A stretch of 57,713 nt of DNA from Bdellovibrionales bacterium RIFOXYD1_FULL_55_31 (GCA_001770175.1 MEQK01000164.1:1-57713), one strand, 5' to 3'; counted from the stretch's first letter, positions 10,131 to 19,988 are shown. Made by a program: numbers and translations. Notes: a model not told the origin generated them from the letters alone.

Positions 10131-10236
10131 AGTCGTTCAGAGGCGAATTCTTGGAGCTTTGGCCGTGGCTTTTCAAAAGAAGAGCCACCAGGGTTGTGCG
10201 CGGAAACGCCTCAATCTCCCGTATCGGAAAGGAGAA
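10108..10236 (+). ncRNA. Moco (molybdenum cofactor) riboswitch-like leader RNA
   Basis: GCTTTGGCCGTGGC..GCCACCAGGG..GGAAAC..CTCCCGTATCGGAAAGGAG matches the moaA-leader Moco motif as recalled. Stem gtggcttttc/gaagagccac, a GAAA tetraloop, and actcc pairing with the GGAG SD just before moaA. Confidence 0.85.
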
Positions 10237-10238
10237 CC

Positions 10239-11228
10239 TTGGCTTCTTTAACGGATTCCTTCAAAAGGCGGTTTTCGTACCTGCGGCTTTCGGTCACGGA
10301 TGCCTGCAATTTTGGGTGTTCGTATTGCCTCCCGGGCGGCTATAGCCGAGCCTGCAGTCCCGCCGCTCCGCTTCTGCCCGCTGAAATTCGAAATCTCGTC
10401 GCTGCGTTTGCCCAGCTTGGCGTCTCGAAGGTCCGTCTCACGGGCGGGGAGCCGACACTCAGGCGCGATATTCTCGAAATCGCCCGAACGATCTCCGAAA
10501 CTCCTGGAATTCGCACGGTCGCCATCACGACGAACGGCTATCGACTCAAGGAGCTCGCCGAACCTCTGTTTGCTGCCGGCGTCACGGCGCTGAATGTCAG
10601 TGTAGACAGCCTCGATCCTGACGTATTCATGCGAATCACGGACGCGCGATCCACTCCTCTCGCGAAAGTTCTTTCAGGGGTCGACGAGGCACTCAGGATG
10701 GGATTTCGTCCGATCAAAATCAACGTGGTTCTCCTGCGTGGAATGAATGATTCCGAACTTCCTTCCTTTATCGAGTGGTCCAGGACAAAGCCGGTCCATA
10801 TCCGATTCATTGAATTAATGAGGACCGCGCAGAATGGTGATCTTTTCGCGCAGCATCATGTGTCGACGGGGCCGCTTTGTGAACGGCTGATTCGGGAAGG
10901 CTGGATCTCGAAACCGAGAGAGATGGACGATGGACCGGCACGCGAGTTCATTCATCCTGAATTTCGCGGTTCGATCGGTATTATCAGTCCGTACGCCCAT
11001 GGCTTTTGCGAGTCTTGCAACCGGCTTCGGGTAACGAGCCGCGGTGATCTGCGACTTTGCCTTTTTGGCGAGGCGGATGAGCCGCTTCGGCCGTTCCTGC
11101 GGGACAGCTCACAACGGCCGGAGCTGATCGAACGCATTCGGTCGGCACTCAAAGAGAAGCCCCTCTCTCATCTGCTGAATGAAGGAAAGTATGGCAACAC
11201 GGAAAACTTATCATCCATCGGTGGTTAA
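10239..11228 (+). CDS. moaA: GTP 3',8-cyclase
   Basis: TTG start after SD AAAGGAG gives MASLTDSFKRRFSYLRLSVTDACNFGCSYC. Also RLTGGEP, FCESCNRLR, LCLF and a C-terminal IGG. Confidence 0.95.
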   Translation: MASLTDSFKRRFSYLRLSVTDACNFGCSYCLPGGYSRACSPAAPLLPAEIRNLVAAFAQLGVSKVRLTGGEPTLRRDILEIARTISETPGIRTVAITTNGYRLKELAEPLFAAGVTALNVSVDSLDPDVFMRITDARSTPLAKVLSGVDEALRMGFRPIKINVVLLRGMNDSELPSFIEWSRTKPVHIRFIELMRTAQNGDLFAQHHVSTGPLCERLIREGWISKPREMDDGPAREFIHPEFRGSIGIISPYAHGFCESCNRLRVTSRGDLRLCLFGEADEPLRPFLRDSSQRPELIERIRSALKEKPLSHLLNEGKYGNTENLSSIGG

Positions 11229-11247
11229 GACGCAAGGCGAGGCAGGC

Positions 11248-12267
11248 GTGTCTCGGACCGAAATCGAAGTCCGCACTCAAAGCCGCTTCAAAATGATCGA
11301 CGTCGGATCCAAAACTCCCACGCGGCGGTATGCGGTCGCAAGCGGACGCATTCGCGTTGGCAAGGAGGCCTTCCTTCGGATTAAGGAAGGGCGGATGCCG
11401 AAAGGAGACGTCCTGGCGCTTGCCGAAGCAGCCGGAATCATGGCGGCCAAAAGGGCACCTGATCTGATACCGCTCTGTCATCCGCTCAGTCTCGAACAGG
11501 TCGTCGTGCGGTGCGATTTCGTTGAAGGGGAGCACGCCATCGAAGTGAGGTGCGAGGCGGTCGCGACTTCAAAGACCGGGGTTGAAATGGAGGCCCTCGC
11601 AGGCGTCAGCGGAGCTCTTCTTTCGATTTACGATCTCACGAAGGGGGTCAATCCCGCCCTGTGGATTTCGGATATTCACCTGCAACTCAAAGAGGGCGGA
11701 AAAAGCGGGAAATGGGTTCACCCCGAATCGACGGCTCAGAAAAGGGCGCGTGAACGGCACGTCACGCGGTCAGCTGCCCTGAACGGGTTGACGGTCGCTG
11801 TATTGACGATCAGTGATCGCGTATCGAAGGGGCTGGCTGAAGATGCTTCCGGACCGGCTGTTAACGCTTTTTTTATGGAACGAGGCGCTCAGATCGCGGC
11901 GCATGAGGTGATCGCGGATGAAAAGGCCGAGGTCGCGAAATTCCTGCGGCACTGCGCGCTCGAAGCAAATATCGACATCATCGTCAGCACCGGGGGTACC
12001 GGAGTTGGTCCGCGCGATGTCACACCCGAGGCTCTTGTCGAGGCGGGTGCCCGGATGATTCCGGGAATCGGAGAATTGCTCCGTTCGCGTGGCTCCCAAA
12101 CCACGCCGATGTCCTGGCTCAGCCGTTCCGAAGGCGCGTTGCTCGGAAGGACATTGATTCTGATCCTGCCGGGAAGTCCGAATGCAGTTATCGAAGGGCT
12201 TCTCACGATGGAACCCCTGATTCCCCATGCGCTTCACGTGGCACGCGGGGGAGGACATGCGAAATGA
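11248..12267 (+). CDS. moaCB: Bifunctional MoaC / MoaB-MogA fusion
   Basis: MIDVGSK, LIPLCHP, TGVEMEAL, KEGGKSG, followed by ISDR, DASGP, TGGTGVGPRDVTPEA, LPGSP. Start approximate. Confidence 0.9.
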   Translation: MSRTEIEVRTQSRFKMIDVGSKTPTRRYAVASGRIRVGKEAFLRIKEGRMPKGDVLALAEAAGIMAAKRAPDLIPLCHPLSLEQVVVRCDFVEGEHAIEVRCEAVATSKTGVEMEALAGVSGALLSIYDLTKGVNPALWISDIHLQLKEGGKSGKWVHPESTAQKRARERHVTRSAALNGLTVAVLTISDRVSKGLAEDASGPAVNAFFMERGAQIAAHEVIADEKAEVAKFLRHCALEANIDIIVSTGGTGVGPRDVTPEALVEAGARMIPGIGELLRSRGSQTTPMSWLSRSEGALLGRTLILILPGSPNAVIEGLLTMEPLIPHALHVARGGGHAK

Positions 12268-13532
12268 TCGCATACGGCGAGGCGCTTGAGGGGATCCGAC
12301 GTTCGGCGGAGAAGAATGCCCGGTTCAGATCAGCCGAGGAGTGCCCGCTTGAGGAAGCAGTCGGACGTGTTCTTCAGGAAGAACTTCGAAGCGCTGAAAA
12401 CGTTCCGGGTTTCGCGAATTCCGCTATGGACGGTTTCGCCGTGCGTGCCGAGGAAACCGTAAGCGCGTCTTACGCCAAACCGGTGCGATTGCGGGTCGTC
12501 GGTTCGATTGCGGCGGGCGAGGTGCCCCGGGCGAGCGTCGAGCCAGGACAGAAGACCTGCTGGGAAATCATGACTGGAGCGGCGGTTCCGGCGGCTTTCG
12601 ATTCCGTGGTCAAGATCGAGAATGTGGAATTGATAAAATCCATTCAGGATCAGCCCGAGGAGATTCTGTTGTTCAGTCCCGTCGATCGGGGTGCTCACGT
12701 CCGGCAGCCGGGGGAGGATTTTGAAAGGGGAACTCGTGTCGCGTCCTCAGGCGCGGTGATCCTGCCCCGACACGTCGTTGTGCTCGCGAGCCTTGGGGTA
12801 GCAAAATTGAAAGTGGCAAGAAAAGTACGGGTTGCCGTTATTTCGACCGGTTCGGAGCTGAGCGGGATCTCAGAGGCGCTTCAACCCGGAAAAATCCGCA
12901 ATTCGACCGGGCCGTTTCTCCGGGCAGCTTTGTCCGAGATCGACTCAGAGGTGACGCTTTCCGCGGAGATTCAGGACAACCCCGAGGAGTTCAGGGGGCT
13001 TCTCGACGGGATTCTTCGCGCGGACAATGCTGAGGTCATCATCACGACCGGAGCCGTTTCGATGGGTCGGCACGATTTCATTGCCGACACGCTTCGCGCG
13101 ATGGGTGCCACGATCCGTTTTCATAAAGTCGCGATTCGCCCGGGTAAACCCGTGCTCTTTGCGGAATTCCCGAACAGGGAGCGCCCGCTTGTGCTGTTCG
13201 GGTTGCCGGGCAATCCCGTTTCGACTGTCGTCGGGATGCGCTTCTTTGTTGAACCGTATTTGCGCGGGCTCCTTCAACGTGAGGAAGAGAGAGCCGAATG
13301 CGCCATTCTGAGCGCGGATGTCCCGAAGCCGGAGGGTCTGCGATGTTTCTTCAAAGCCCGCGTCGGGACGGATGCTTCGGGACATTCGATCGCAACCGTT
13401 CTCCCGGGGCAAGCCTCGTTCATGGTGAGCCCGCTTCTGCAAGCGAATGCTTGGGCTGTTTTGCCCGAACAAGGCACCCAGATCAGGAAAGGGACTTTGG
13501 TTCAGGTATTTGCGATGGAGGGGTCACGATGA
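12264..13532 (+). CDS. moeA: Molybdopterin molybdenumtransferase
   Basis: SAMDGFAV, IMTGA, STGSEL, TTGAVSMGRHD, IRPGKP, LPGNPVS. Confidence 0.93.
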   Translation: MIAYGEALEGIRRSAEKNARFRSAEECPLEEAVGRVLQEELRSAENVPGFANSAMDGFAVRAEETVSASYAKPVRLRVVGSIAAGEVPRASVEPGQKTCWEIMTGAAVPAAFDSVVKIENVELIKSIQDQPEEILLFSPVDRGAHVRQPGEDFERGTRVASSGAVILPRHVVVLASLGVAKLKVARKVRVAVISTGSELSGISEALQPGKIRNSTGPFLRAALSEIDSEVTLSAEIQDNPEEFRGLLDGILRADNAEVIITTGAVSMGRHDFIADTLRAMGATIRFHKVAIRPGKPVLFAEFPNRERPLVLFGLPGNPVSTVVGMRFFVEPYLRGLLQREEERAECAILSADVPKPEGLRCFFKARVGTDASGHSIATVLPGQASFMVSPLLQANAWAVLPEQGTQIRKGTLVQVFAMEGSR

Positions 13533-13828
13533 AAATACGAGTTCGTTGTTTCGGAACACTTCGAGAATTCGCGCCCCAAGGAGAACTCGAAATGGAGATC
13601 ATGCCCGGGGCCACCGTTTCGGCGCTGCGGGACGCGATCATTGCGCGTTTTTCGAGAGATTTCGGGCCGCGCTTCGGAAAGACCGGAGAAGAGCTTGTCC
13701 GGGCATCGGCGATCGCGACCGAGAAGACGCTTCTTGACGATTCGGCTCCCATCGCTGCCTGCGGGGCAGGTGAGCCGGCACGCGCTTCAATGACGATAGC
13801 GCTTCTCCCGCCTGTTTGTGGAGGCTAG
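13529..13828 (+). CDS. moaD: Molybdopterin synthase sulfur carrier subunit
   Basis: ATGA overlap with moeA. MKIRVRCFGTLRE ... ALLPPVCGG with C-terminal diglycine. Confidence 0.9.
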   Translation: MKIRVRCFGTLREFAPQGELEMEIMPGATVSALRDAIIARFSRDFGPRFGKTGEELVRASAIATEKTLLDDSAPIAACGAGEPARASMTIALLPPVCGG

Positions 13829-13830
13829 TC

Positions 13831-14313
13831 GTGAGCGGCGAGCCTCGAGAGCCGATTCTGACCGAAATCACCGAACGGCCCATCGCGGTTCAGGACGTCG
13901 CCGCACTATTTCAACAGGACGAGGCTGCGGGAGTGTTCGGGGCTGAGGTTTTTTTCGGCGGGATCGTCCGTGCTCGCAATGCCGCGAAGAATGTGATCGC
14001 GATCAGTTATGACGCATTTGTTCCGCTCGCTGAAACGGTGCTTCGGGAAATCGCGACCGAGGCACGCATGAAAGCACTAGCCGGTGAAGAGGGTGAAGTC
14101 AGAATCATTGCGCTCCATCGGATAGGGAAGTTGCACGTGGGAGAGGTGAGCCTGGTGATCGGGGTGGGGGCAGCGCATCGAGAGCAGGCCTATGGTGCTT
14201 CACGGTACATTTTGGAAGAAATCAAAACTCGCTTACCCGTTTGGAAAAAGGAACACTATGACTCGGGTGAAGCGGACTGGCTCAAGGGGCATCCTCTTGG
14301 ACGAGAACGCTAG
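13831..14313 (+). CDS. moaE: Molybdopterin synthase catalytic subunit
   Basis: GAEVFFGGIVR, HRIGKLHVGE, AAHREQAY, LPVWKKE. Confidence 0.92.
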   Translation: MSGEPREPILTEITERPIAVQDVAALFQQDEAAGVFGAEVFFGGIVRARNAAKNVIAISYDAFVPLAETVLREIATEARMKALAGEEGEVRIIALHRIGKLHVGEVSLVIGVGAAHREQAYGASRYILEEIKTRLPVWKKEHYDSGEADWLKGHPLGRER

Positions 14314-14923
14314 GATCGCGCACGCGGCAGTGATCGTGGTCGTGCTCTCCGGAGGCAAGTCCTCGCGGATGGGGCGAGACAAAGCCCTTTTGCCGTTTCG
14401 GGGGGCGGCGCTGATCGATCATGTGCTCGAACAGGGAGCACAGGCGGGCGCATGTACGGGGCAGCCGAGCGCCGTTGTGATCAGCGGGACGGTTCAACGG
14501 CCTGGCATTCAGTCGATTTCGGATTTGCGTCCCGACCGGGGCCCGCTCGAGGGGATTTTTTCTGTTCTGTCATGGCTGGTTGGACGACAAATTTCCGTCG
14601 AAGGTAAGCGGCTTCTGGTGATTCCGGTGGATCTTCCACGAATAACGGCGGACGTCCTTCTGCCGCTGCTTGCACGTACTGAATTTGCATTGGCGAGCCA
14701 TTATGAAGGACAGTTCCTGCCCATGTGCTTTCGGCTGAATTCACGTTCACTCGGGCTCATCACGGAAATGGCGGCTAATCCCTGTCTGCCGTCACAGTCG
14801 ATGCGTGAGTTTCTTGGACGACTTGATTCCACCGCCATCAGCGTTGGGGATGCCGGACATGACGGGCTCCGCGACGTTGACACGGCTTCGGACTGGGATG
14901 AGCTTGGAAAGGACCTGAGATGA
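14297..14923 (+). CDS. mobA: Molybdenum cofactor guanylyltransferase
   Basis: VLSGGKSSRMGRDKA, GPLEGI, PVDLP, DVDT. TTG start assumed. Confidence 0.85.
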   Translation: MDENARIAHAAVIVVVLSGGKSSRMGRDKALLPFRGAALIDHVLEQGAQAGACTGQPSAVVISGTVQRPGIQSISDLRPDRGPLEGIFSVLSWLVGRQISVEGKRLLVIPVDLPRITADVLLPLLARTEFALASHYEGQFLPMCFRLNSRSLGLITEMAANPCLPSQSMREFLGRLDSTAISVGDAGHDGLRDVDTASDWDELGKDLR

Positions 14924-15330
14924 ATATTCGTTTTTCAGGAACGTCGGTGCGCTGGAGGGTGAGCGTGGAGGAGGCAAGAACTCTTCTCGACTCGGGCATT
15001 CTCGAGGAGGTGACCCCGCTTCCGCATGGACACGAACTTCGGTACCAGGCCAGGGTTGAGCGAAGGGCCAGTCACGCCGAGGAGCCGCTGCAGCTGACCT
15101 TCGCCTCGGAACGCGGGAGCGATCTCGTGACCGAAATCGTCAATGACTTTCCTGGCGACCACTTGCAGAATCTTTTCAGGATTGTGGTGAGCGCGAAGGC
15201 TTTGCAGGAGCTCCTCGCGAAACCGATCACGAAACAGAGCGCGATTTCGCGGCGTTTTGAATTCCAGAACGGCTCGCAGTTAACCTTGGGCTTTGAGATC
15301 GACGCTATTAAGGCTGTCCGAGAGGGATGA
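14920..15330 (+). CDS. Hypothetical protein at the end of the moa operon
   Basis: ATGA overlap with mobA; 136 aa; no motif recognised. Confidence 0.65.
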   Translation: MNIRFSGTSVRWRVSVEEARTLLDSGILEEVTPLPHGHELRYQARVERRASHAEEPLQLTFASERGSDLVTEIVNDFPGDHLQNLFRIVVSAKALQELLAKPITKQSAISRRFEFQNGSQLTLGFEIDAIKAVREG

Positions 15331-16090
15331 CCTGACGGGGTACGAAGCTCTTGCAGCCTTCACAGCCGGAACGTTTCGGAATCATGAACTCAGAAGTCCT
15401 TGCGCGCGCTGAGTCGTAGACCCAAAGGCGTCCGATCAACGGGTCGAGCAAGGGAGAATCCACGATGAGCTTGATTGTCTCGATTGCCTGCATGCTGCCG
15501 GTAATTCCAGCCAGGGCGCCCACAACTCCGGACGAGGCAGCATTCGCGACTTCGGCGCGGGCGGCTTCGGGATAGAGGCAACGGTAACAGGGACCGGCGG
15601 GCGGGGCGAATACGGTCACGCGGCCTTCAAAACCTGATATCGAGCCGTGTACCAGCGGAATCCCGAGCTGTGCGCAGGTGTCGTTCAGGAGGGCTTTGGA
15701 AACGAAACAGTCGGTCGCGTCAATTACGACATCATGTCCGGAGAGAAGTTCGGAAGCGTTTTCAGCCGCAACTCGAGTGGCAAGGGCCGTGAAATTCACG
15801 AAAGGATTGAGTTCTTGAAGGCGGCTCCGCGCACGCTCCGTTTTGAGCACGCCGTGATCTGGCGTTCCATAAAGCACCTGTCGCTGGAGATTGGATTCAT
15901 CGACTCGATCGGGATCAACGAGGGTGAGGTGGCCGATTCCCGCGGCACTAAGATACAGCGCCGCTGGCGAGCCGAGGCCGCCCAGCCCGGCGAGGAGGAC
16001 TTTCGCCTTTCGAAGCCTGGCTTGGCCCTCCGGGCCGACTTCCGGGAGGCAGATCTGGCGTGAGTAGCGGAGGGGGTCCCCTGAATCCAT
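15308..16090 (-). CDS. moeB: HesA/MoeB/ThiF family adenylyltransferase
   Basis: RYSRQI, GLGGLGSP, SNLQRQ, DATD, CYRC and CEGC zinc pairs; adjacent to the moa operon. Confidence 0.85.
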   Translation of the reverse strand: MDSGDPLRYSRQICLPEVGPEGQARLRKAKVLLAGLGGLGSPAALYLSAAGIGHLTLVDPDRVDESNLQRQVLYGTPDHGVLKTERARSRLQELNPFVNFTALATRVAAENASELLSGHDVVIDATDCFVSKALLNDTCAQLGIPLVHGSISGFEGRVTVFAPPAGPCYRCLYPEAARAEVANAASSGVVGALAGITGSMQAIETIKLIVDSPLLDPLIGRLWVYDSARARTSEFMIPKRSGCEGCKSFVPRQVIPLGQP

Positions 16091-16153
16091 TCTTCATCAC
16101 TTAACCCCGCGGCGAATCGATTCGCAAGCACCTCGTTTGCATCGGATACAGTC

Positions 16154-16696
16154 ATGGCGAAGCGAAGGGTGTTGTTCAAGATGAGCGGTTCGATCGCTTG
16201 TTATAAAGCGTGTCAGATCGTTTCCCGGCTCGTGCAGACCGGTTATGAGGTTCAAGTCGCCTGCACGCACGGCGCGCTCCAGTTCATCGGGGAGGCGACC
16301 TTGGAAGGCCTTACCGGGCGGCCCGTTTTTACTGACACTTACGAGCGGGCTCGCATGATGGATCATATCGAGCTTGGCCGGTGGGCTGAACTCGCGATTC
16401 TCTGTCCAGCAACGGCGCATACGCTGAACCGGTTCGCTGTGGGACTCGCTGATGACGCGGTGGGTAGCCTATTCTTGGCTTACGATCTCGCTAAGAAACC
16501 TTACCTGATCGCGCCTGCCATGAACCAAGGAATGCTTCAGCATCCCGCAACGCGTGAGGCTCTCCGTAAGCTCGCCGCCTGGGGTGTGCGCGTTATCAGT
16601 TCAGAGGAGGGTTGGCAGGCCTGCGGGGATATCGGCCCGGGGAGGTTAGCGGACCCTGACCTCATTTATCGCGAGATTGTCGAGGCGCTCAAATGA
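16154..16696 (+). CDS. coaC: Phosphopantothenoylcysteine decarboxylase (stand-alone flavoprotein)
   Basis: SGSIACYK, HIELGRWA, PATAH, PAMNQGM, ACGDIGPGRL. Confidence 0.9.
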   Translation: MAKRRVLFKMSGSIACYKACQIVSRLVQTGYEVQVACTHGALQFIGEATLEGLTGRPVFTDTYERARMMDHIELGRWAELAILCPATAHTLNRFAVGLADDAVGSLFLAYDLAKKPYLIAPAMNQGMLQHPATREALRKLAAWGVRVISSEEGWQACGDIGPGRLADPDLIYREIVEALK

Positions 16697-17397
16697 ACAT
16701 CCTTGTTACCGCCGGAGCCACTCGGGAGCCGATCGATGGAGTGCGGTTCATCAGCAATTTCAGTACAGGAAAAACCGGAGCACGGCTCTCGGACGAGTTG
16801 ATCCAGCAGGGAAACCGAATCGTTTATGTTTGTGGAGCGGATTCGGAAATCCCACACCGCAGCTGCGAAATAATGAGATTCGGGAGTTTTTTTGAGCTCG
16901 ATGTGATTTTGCGAAGCCTTCTCCAACAGAGGAGCTTTGATTGTGTGATTCATCTGGCGGCTGTCTCGGACTTCTCTGTCGAGGCAATTGAAATCGAAGG
17001 ACACCGGTTCGCGGCCGGTATTATTCGCAAGATCGACTCCGAAGGACGAGTGATTCTGCATTTAAAGCCGAATTTCAAAATAGTCGAAAGGCTGAAAAGC
17101 TACGCCGCAAGCCGGAAAATGGCCGTGATTGCTTTCAAATTGACGAATATCCCGATCGAAATCGGCGATGGCGGTGACAGTTCTTCCGGCGAGAGTCGGG
17201 AAACTTTGCAAATGAAGGCGATCACGAAGCTCTTGGGGGGCGCGAACGTGGACTACGTCGTTCATAACGATTTTGCGGATATTCAATCAGGAAGCCAGCA
17301 CTTCGGGATCTATGGACCACACCATAAAATAAGGGATTGTGATACGCCCGAGTCACTCGCAAGGGAACTTGTGAACGAGGTGAAGAAATCGGCGTGA
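16693..17397 (+). CDS. coaB: Phosphopantothenate-cysteine ligase (stand-alone)
   Basis: ILVTAGATREPIDGVRFISNFSTGKTG, HLAAVSDF, AFKL, VVHND. Confidence 0.88.
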   Translation: MNILVTAGATREPIDGVRFISNFSTGKTGARLSDELIQQGNRIVYVCGADSEIPHRSCEIMRFGSFFELDVILRSLLQQRSFDCVIHLAAVSDFSVEAIEIEGHRFAAGIIRKIDSEGRVILHLKPNFKIVERLKSYAASRKMAVIAFKLTNIPIEIGDGGDSSSGESRETLQMKAITKLLGGANVDYVVHNDFADIQSGSQHFGIYGPHHKIRDCDTPESLARELVNEVKKSA

Positions 17398-17412
17398 GCA
17401 GGTCGTGGCGGG

Positions 17413-19074
17413 TTAGAGGCTGTCCTTTTTGCTGGCCGTGATCGAGGATCGGTCGATCCACTTTACCAAATCGATATACCTTTCTTCAAACGACTGCGTG
17501 ACGTCTTTCTTTTGTTTGCCGCGGCTCAGGACTTTGCCCGTAAAAAAGAAATCGCGGATTCGCGTGATATCGAGCGTTTCGGCAAGAATCGCCTTGTGAA
17601 GTTTTTTCCCGAAAATTTGACCCAGATAGCGCGCAGCCAACATGGCGGCCGGTGCGTGCCGCGGGGAATTCATCAGTCGGGTCACTTCGCGGCGATTTCC
17701 GGTTTTCCGGAGGAGCGACAAGGTGATTTCCCGCGCGATGACTTCGGCCTTGTTCATCGGTTTTGCCCCCTCAGCGAGTGCTTTGAGGCGGCTTCGGTGG
17801 TCGGCCGGGAGGTCGCATTTGCGGCGAGGATTGAGGATCAGGCTTCCGAGAAACGCAAACGAGGCTTCCAGGACGAGCCTGAAGAAGTCATCGCGTTCGT
17901 GCTGAAAAAGAAGCTTAAAGCGGGTCTGGGTGCGCAGCAGGTGAATCGCCGCGAGCTCAGCGGTCGCGTTTTGAGAGGGGCTTGCCAAGTAGGCGATATC
18001 GGGAGGGATATAAAGTCTCTGGTTGTTCAAGACGTGAAACCGGATCAGTGCGCGCTCAGTCCGTGAGAACCGATGATCCTTGAAAAGGGTGTCGACGAAA
18101 TCGAGCTCGTCAATGGTCCGGACCGTCAGACTCTCGTATGCCTGATGCGGAGATTCGACTCCGAAAAACTCGGCCAGCGTTTTACCATAAGTGACAAGCA
18201 GCGAAAGATAATCGGTCGATTCGTCTTGCTCGATCTGGGCCGCTTCGCCTTCAAGCCAGCTAATCAGGGATTGGAGCTTCGCCCAGGGAGTACTTGCTAA
18301 AACACAGAATACGTTCCTGCGGAGTTTGATGATTTCCGTCTGGAGTTCCTTCGCTTCCCGAGCCAGGCGCCAGTACAGAATGTCGTCGTTCTGATGAATC
18401 GAAATCGAACGGACCGGTCGCCCGAGCCGGAGCTTTGAGGCGATTCTGAGTTCGTCAGGAATGTGCTTGGTCCCTACGTGAAGCTCGCCATAGAGCACGA
18501 TCATACGTCTTGATTGCCCACCTGAAAGCAAAATGCTGATCAGGGATGCCGCCCAACGATCGCGCAGCTTCAGCTCTTCCATCGTCTTGCTGAAGCCGCT
18601 GGCCAACGTGGGCGCGCGCGAACGCGCGCCGGCGCGTCCGGGGCCATTCAGGGCGACGATCTTCACGGAATTCTGGCGTGCCCATTCGAAAATCGGTGCG
18701 TAGTTCTCCCACGGAAATCCCCATTCGTCTTTGTAGCGTATGATCTGATGAAACGCTTCGAGCCCGATCTTGCCGGACTGGAAGGCATCGAGCGCACTCT
18801 GAAACCGGCTCGGAACGACCTCCAGTCCGATCAACCAATCCTCTCCTGGTTGTATCGACTCCCGTATCAGACGAAGCGCGGTTTTCTGGGCCTGGCTGAA
18901 GGTGTGAAAATCAGCGATGAACGTGACCTCCGCGTCCCGAATGCGTCGGATCAGGGCTTTCTTCGAGACCGGCTGAATAAACTTCAGTCGCGAGCCGATT
19001 CCTGAAAAATCGGTTCGAAACTCCCGCTCGTAGTTGCGGATCGCGGCAGGGGCAGGTCCGAGAAGACTTTTCAC
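17413..19074 (-). CDS. ChaN-like (TIKI/EreA/ChaN fold) domain protein with C-terminal extension
   Basis: FIADFH, IGLEVV, WGFPWENYAPIFEWAR..VALN, RDRWAA, VLYGELHV. Confidence 0.65.
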   Translation of the reverse strand: MKSLLGPAPAAIRNYEREFRTDFSGIGSRLKFIQPVSKKALIRRIRDAEVTFIADFHTFSQAQKTALRLIRESIQPGEDWLIGLEVVPSRFQSALDAFQSGKIGLEAFHQIIRYKDEWGFPWENYAPIFEWARQNSVKIVALNGPGRAGARSRAPTLASGFSKTMEELKLRDRWAASLISILLSGGQSRRMIVLYGELHVGTKHIPDELRIASKLRLGRPVRSISIHQNDDILYWRLAREAKELQTEIIKLRRNVFCVLASTPWAKLQSLISWLEGEAAQIEQDESTDYLSLLVTYGKTLAEFFGVESPHQAYESLTVRTIDELDFVDTLFKDHRFSRTERALIRFHVLNNQRLYIPPDIAYLASPSQNATAELAAIHLLRTQTRFKLLFQHERDDFFRLVLEASFAFLGSLILNPRRKCDLPADHRSRLKALAEGAKPMNKAEVIAREITLSLLRKTGNRREVTRLMNSPRHAPAAMLAARYLGQIFGKKLHKAILAETLDITRIRDFFFTGKVLSRGKQKKDVTQSFEERYIDLVKWIDRSSITASKKDSL

Positions 19075-19166
19075 CTCGAGGGCAAGAGAACGGAAAATCC
19101 TTCGCTGCAGGAACAGGAGTCGTTCATGGGCAGTGCCCCTGATTCGCTTTGCGGGTCGGCGCTGCT

Positions 19167-19922
19167 TCAGGTCAACGCCCCCGGTTCATTTGCAATTTCG
19201 TGAGTGGAGCTTGCGAACAAGAATGACCATCGGTGGGAACACCGCGGAGATCCCGTTGAATCTTCGATCGAGATCCCGTTATTCAAGGAGTAGACGAAAC
19301 CGCGAATCCATTGTGAGTGGAGCTTGCACAGCTGATCCGCGACCGGTTGGACCTCGGGAAACGAGACCTGATGGGGGCAGCGATGAAATTCGAAGACCAG
19401 TTCGCTGTCAGTCGCTCTCTTGATCAGAAATGGTTCACCATGCGGATTTCTCCCGAAAGGGGAGTCGCCCATCGCGAGAAAAAGGAGTCGAAGATCCTGC
19501 CGGGACTTCACCGGCATTCCTGACCACCGCTTTTCACCGAGGTTGCGGCCCATTTTCCAGGCCGTGAGATCAAGAACGGTATTGAGGGCATCGCGTTCCG
19601 CTTGCGGAGTACGTTCAAAAAGATTGATCAGCGTCCAAGCTTGGACTGTCCATACCGTATGTTCCAGTCTTCCGAGAACGTCATCGGGCGAAGTATCATC
19701 GAGGAGCATGTCGATCTTGGTTTCACTCAAGGAATCAAGCATCCAGAGATTCTGCGTTACATCATGATCTTGTCCACGAGTCATGAGATGGGGAAGGCGC
19801 TGGATCTGAAGCTCTTTGATCCATGCCAGGGTAAGATCATGAAAATCAGCGAGATTTCGGAACCACTGATAATGCTTCGTGGTGCTGCTGGGCAAATGCC
19901 AGGCATGTTCCTTTTTGCTCAT
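19167..19922 (-). CDS. Hypothetical protein with C-terminal V4R-like Cys/His motif
   Basis: FEFHRCPH...LCKLHSQWIRGF...RCSHRW pattern. Confidence 0.55.
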   Translation of the reverse strand: MSKKEHAWHLPSSTTKHYQWFRNLADFHDLTLAWIKELQIQRLPHLMTRGQDHDVTQNLWMLDSLSETKIDMLLDDTSPDDVLGRLEHTVWTVQAWTLINLFERTPQAERDALNTVLDLTAWKMGRNLGEKRWSGMPVKSRQDLRLLFLAMGDSPFGRNPHGEPFLIKRATDSELVFEFHRCPHQVSFPEVQPVADQLCKLHSQWIRGFVYSLNNGISIEDSTGSPRCSHRWSFLFASSTHEIANEPGALT

Positions 19923-19988
19923 ACTACGAGTTTAGCCCAACGTTGCCGGTAGGTGAATCGCGAATTCCGCGTTTACCAAGGGGGGGTA

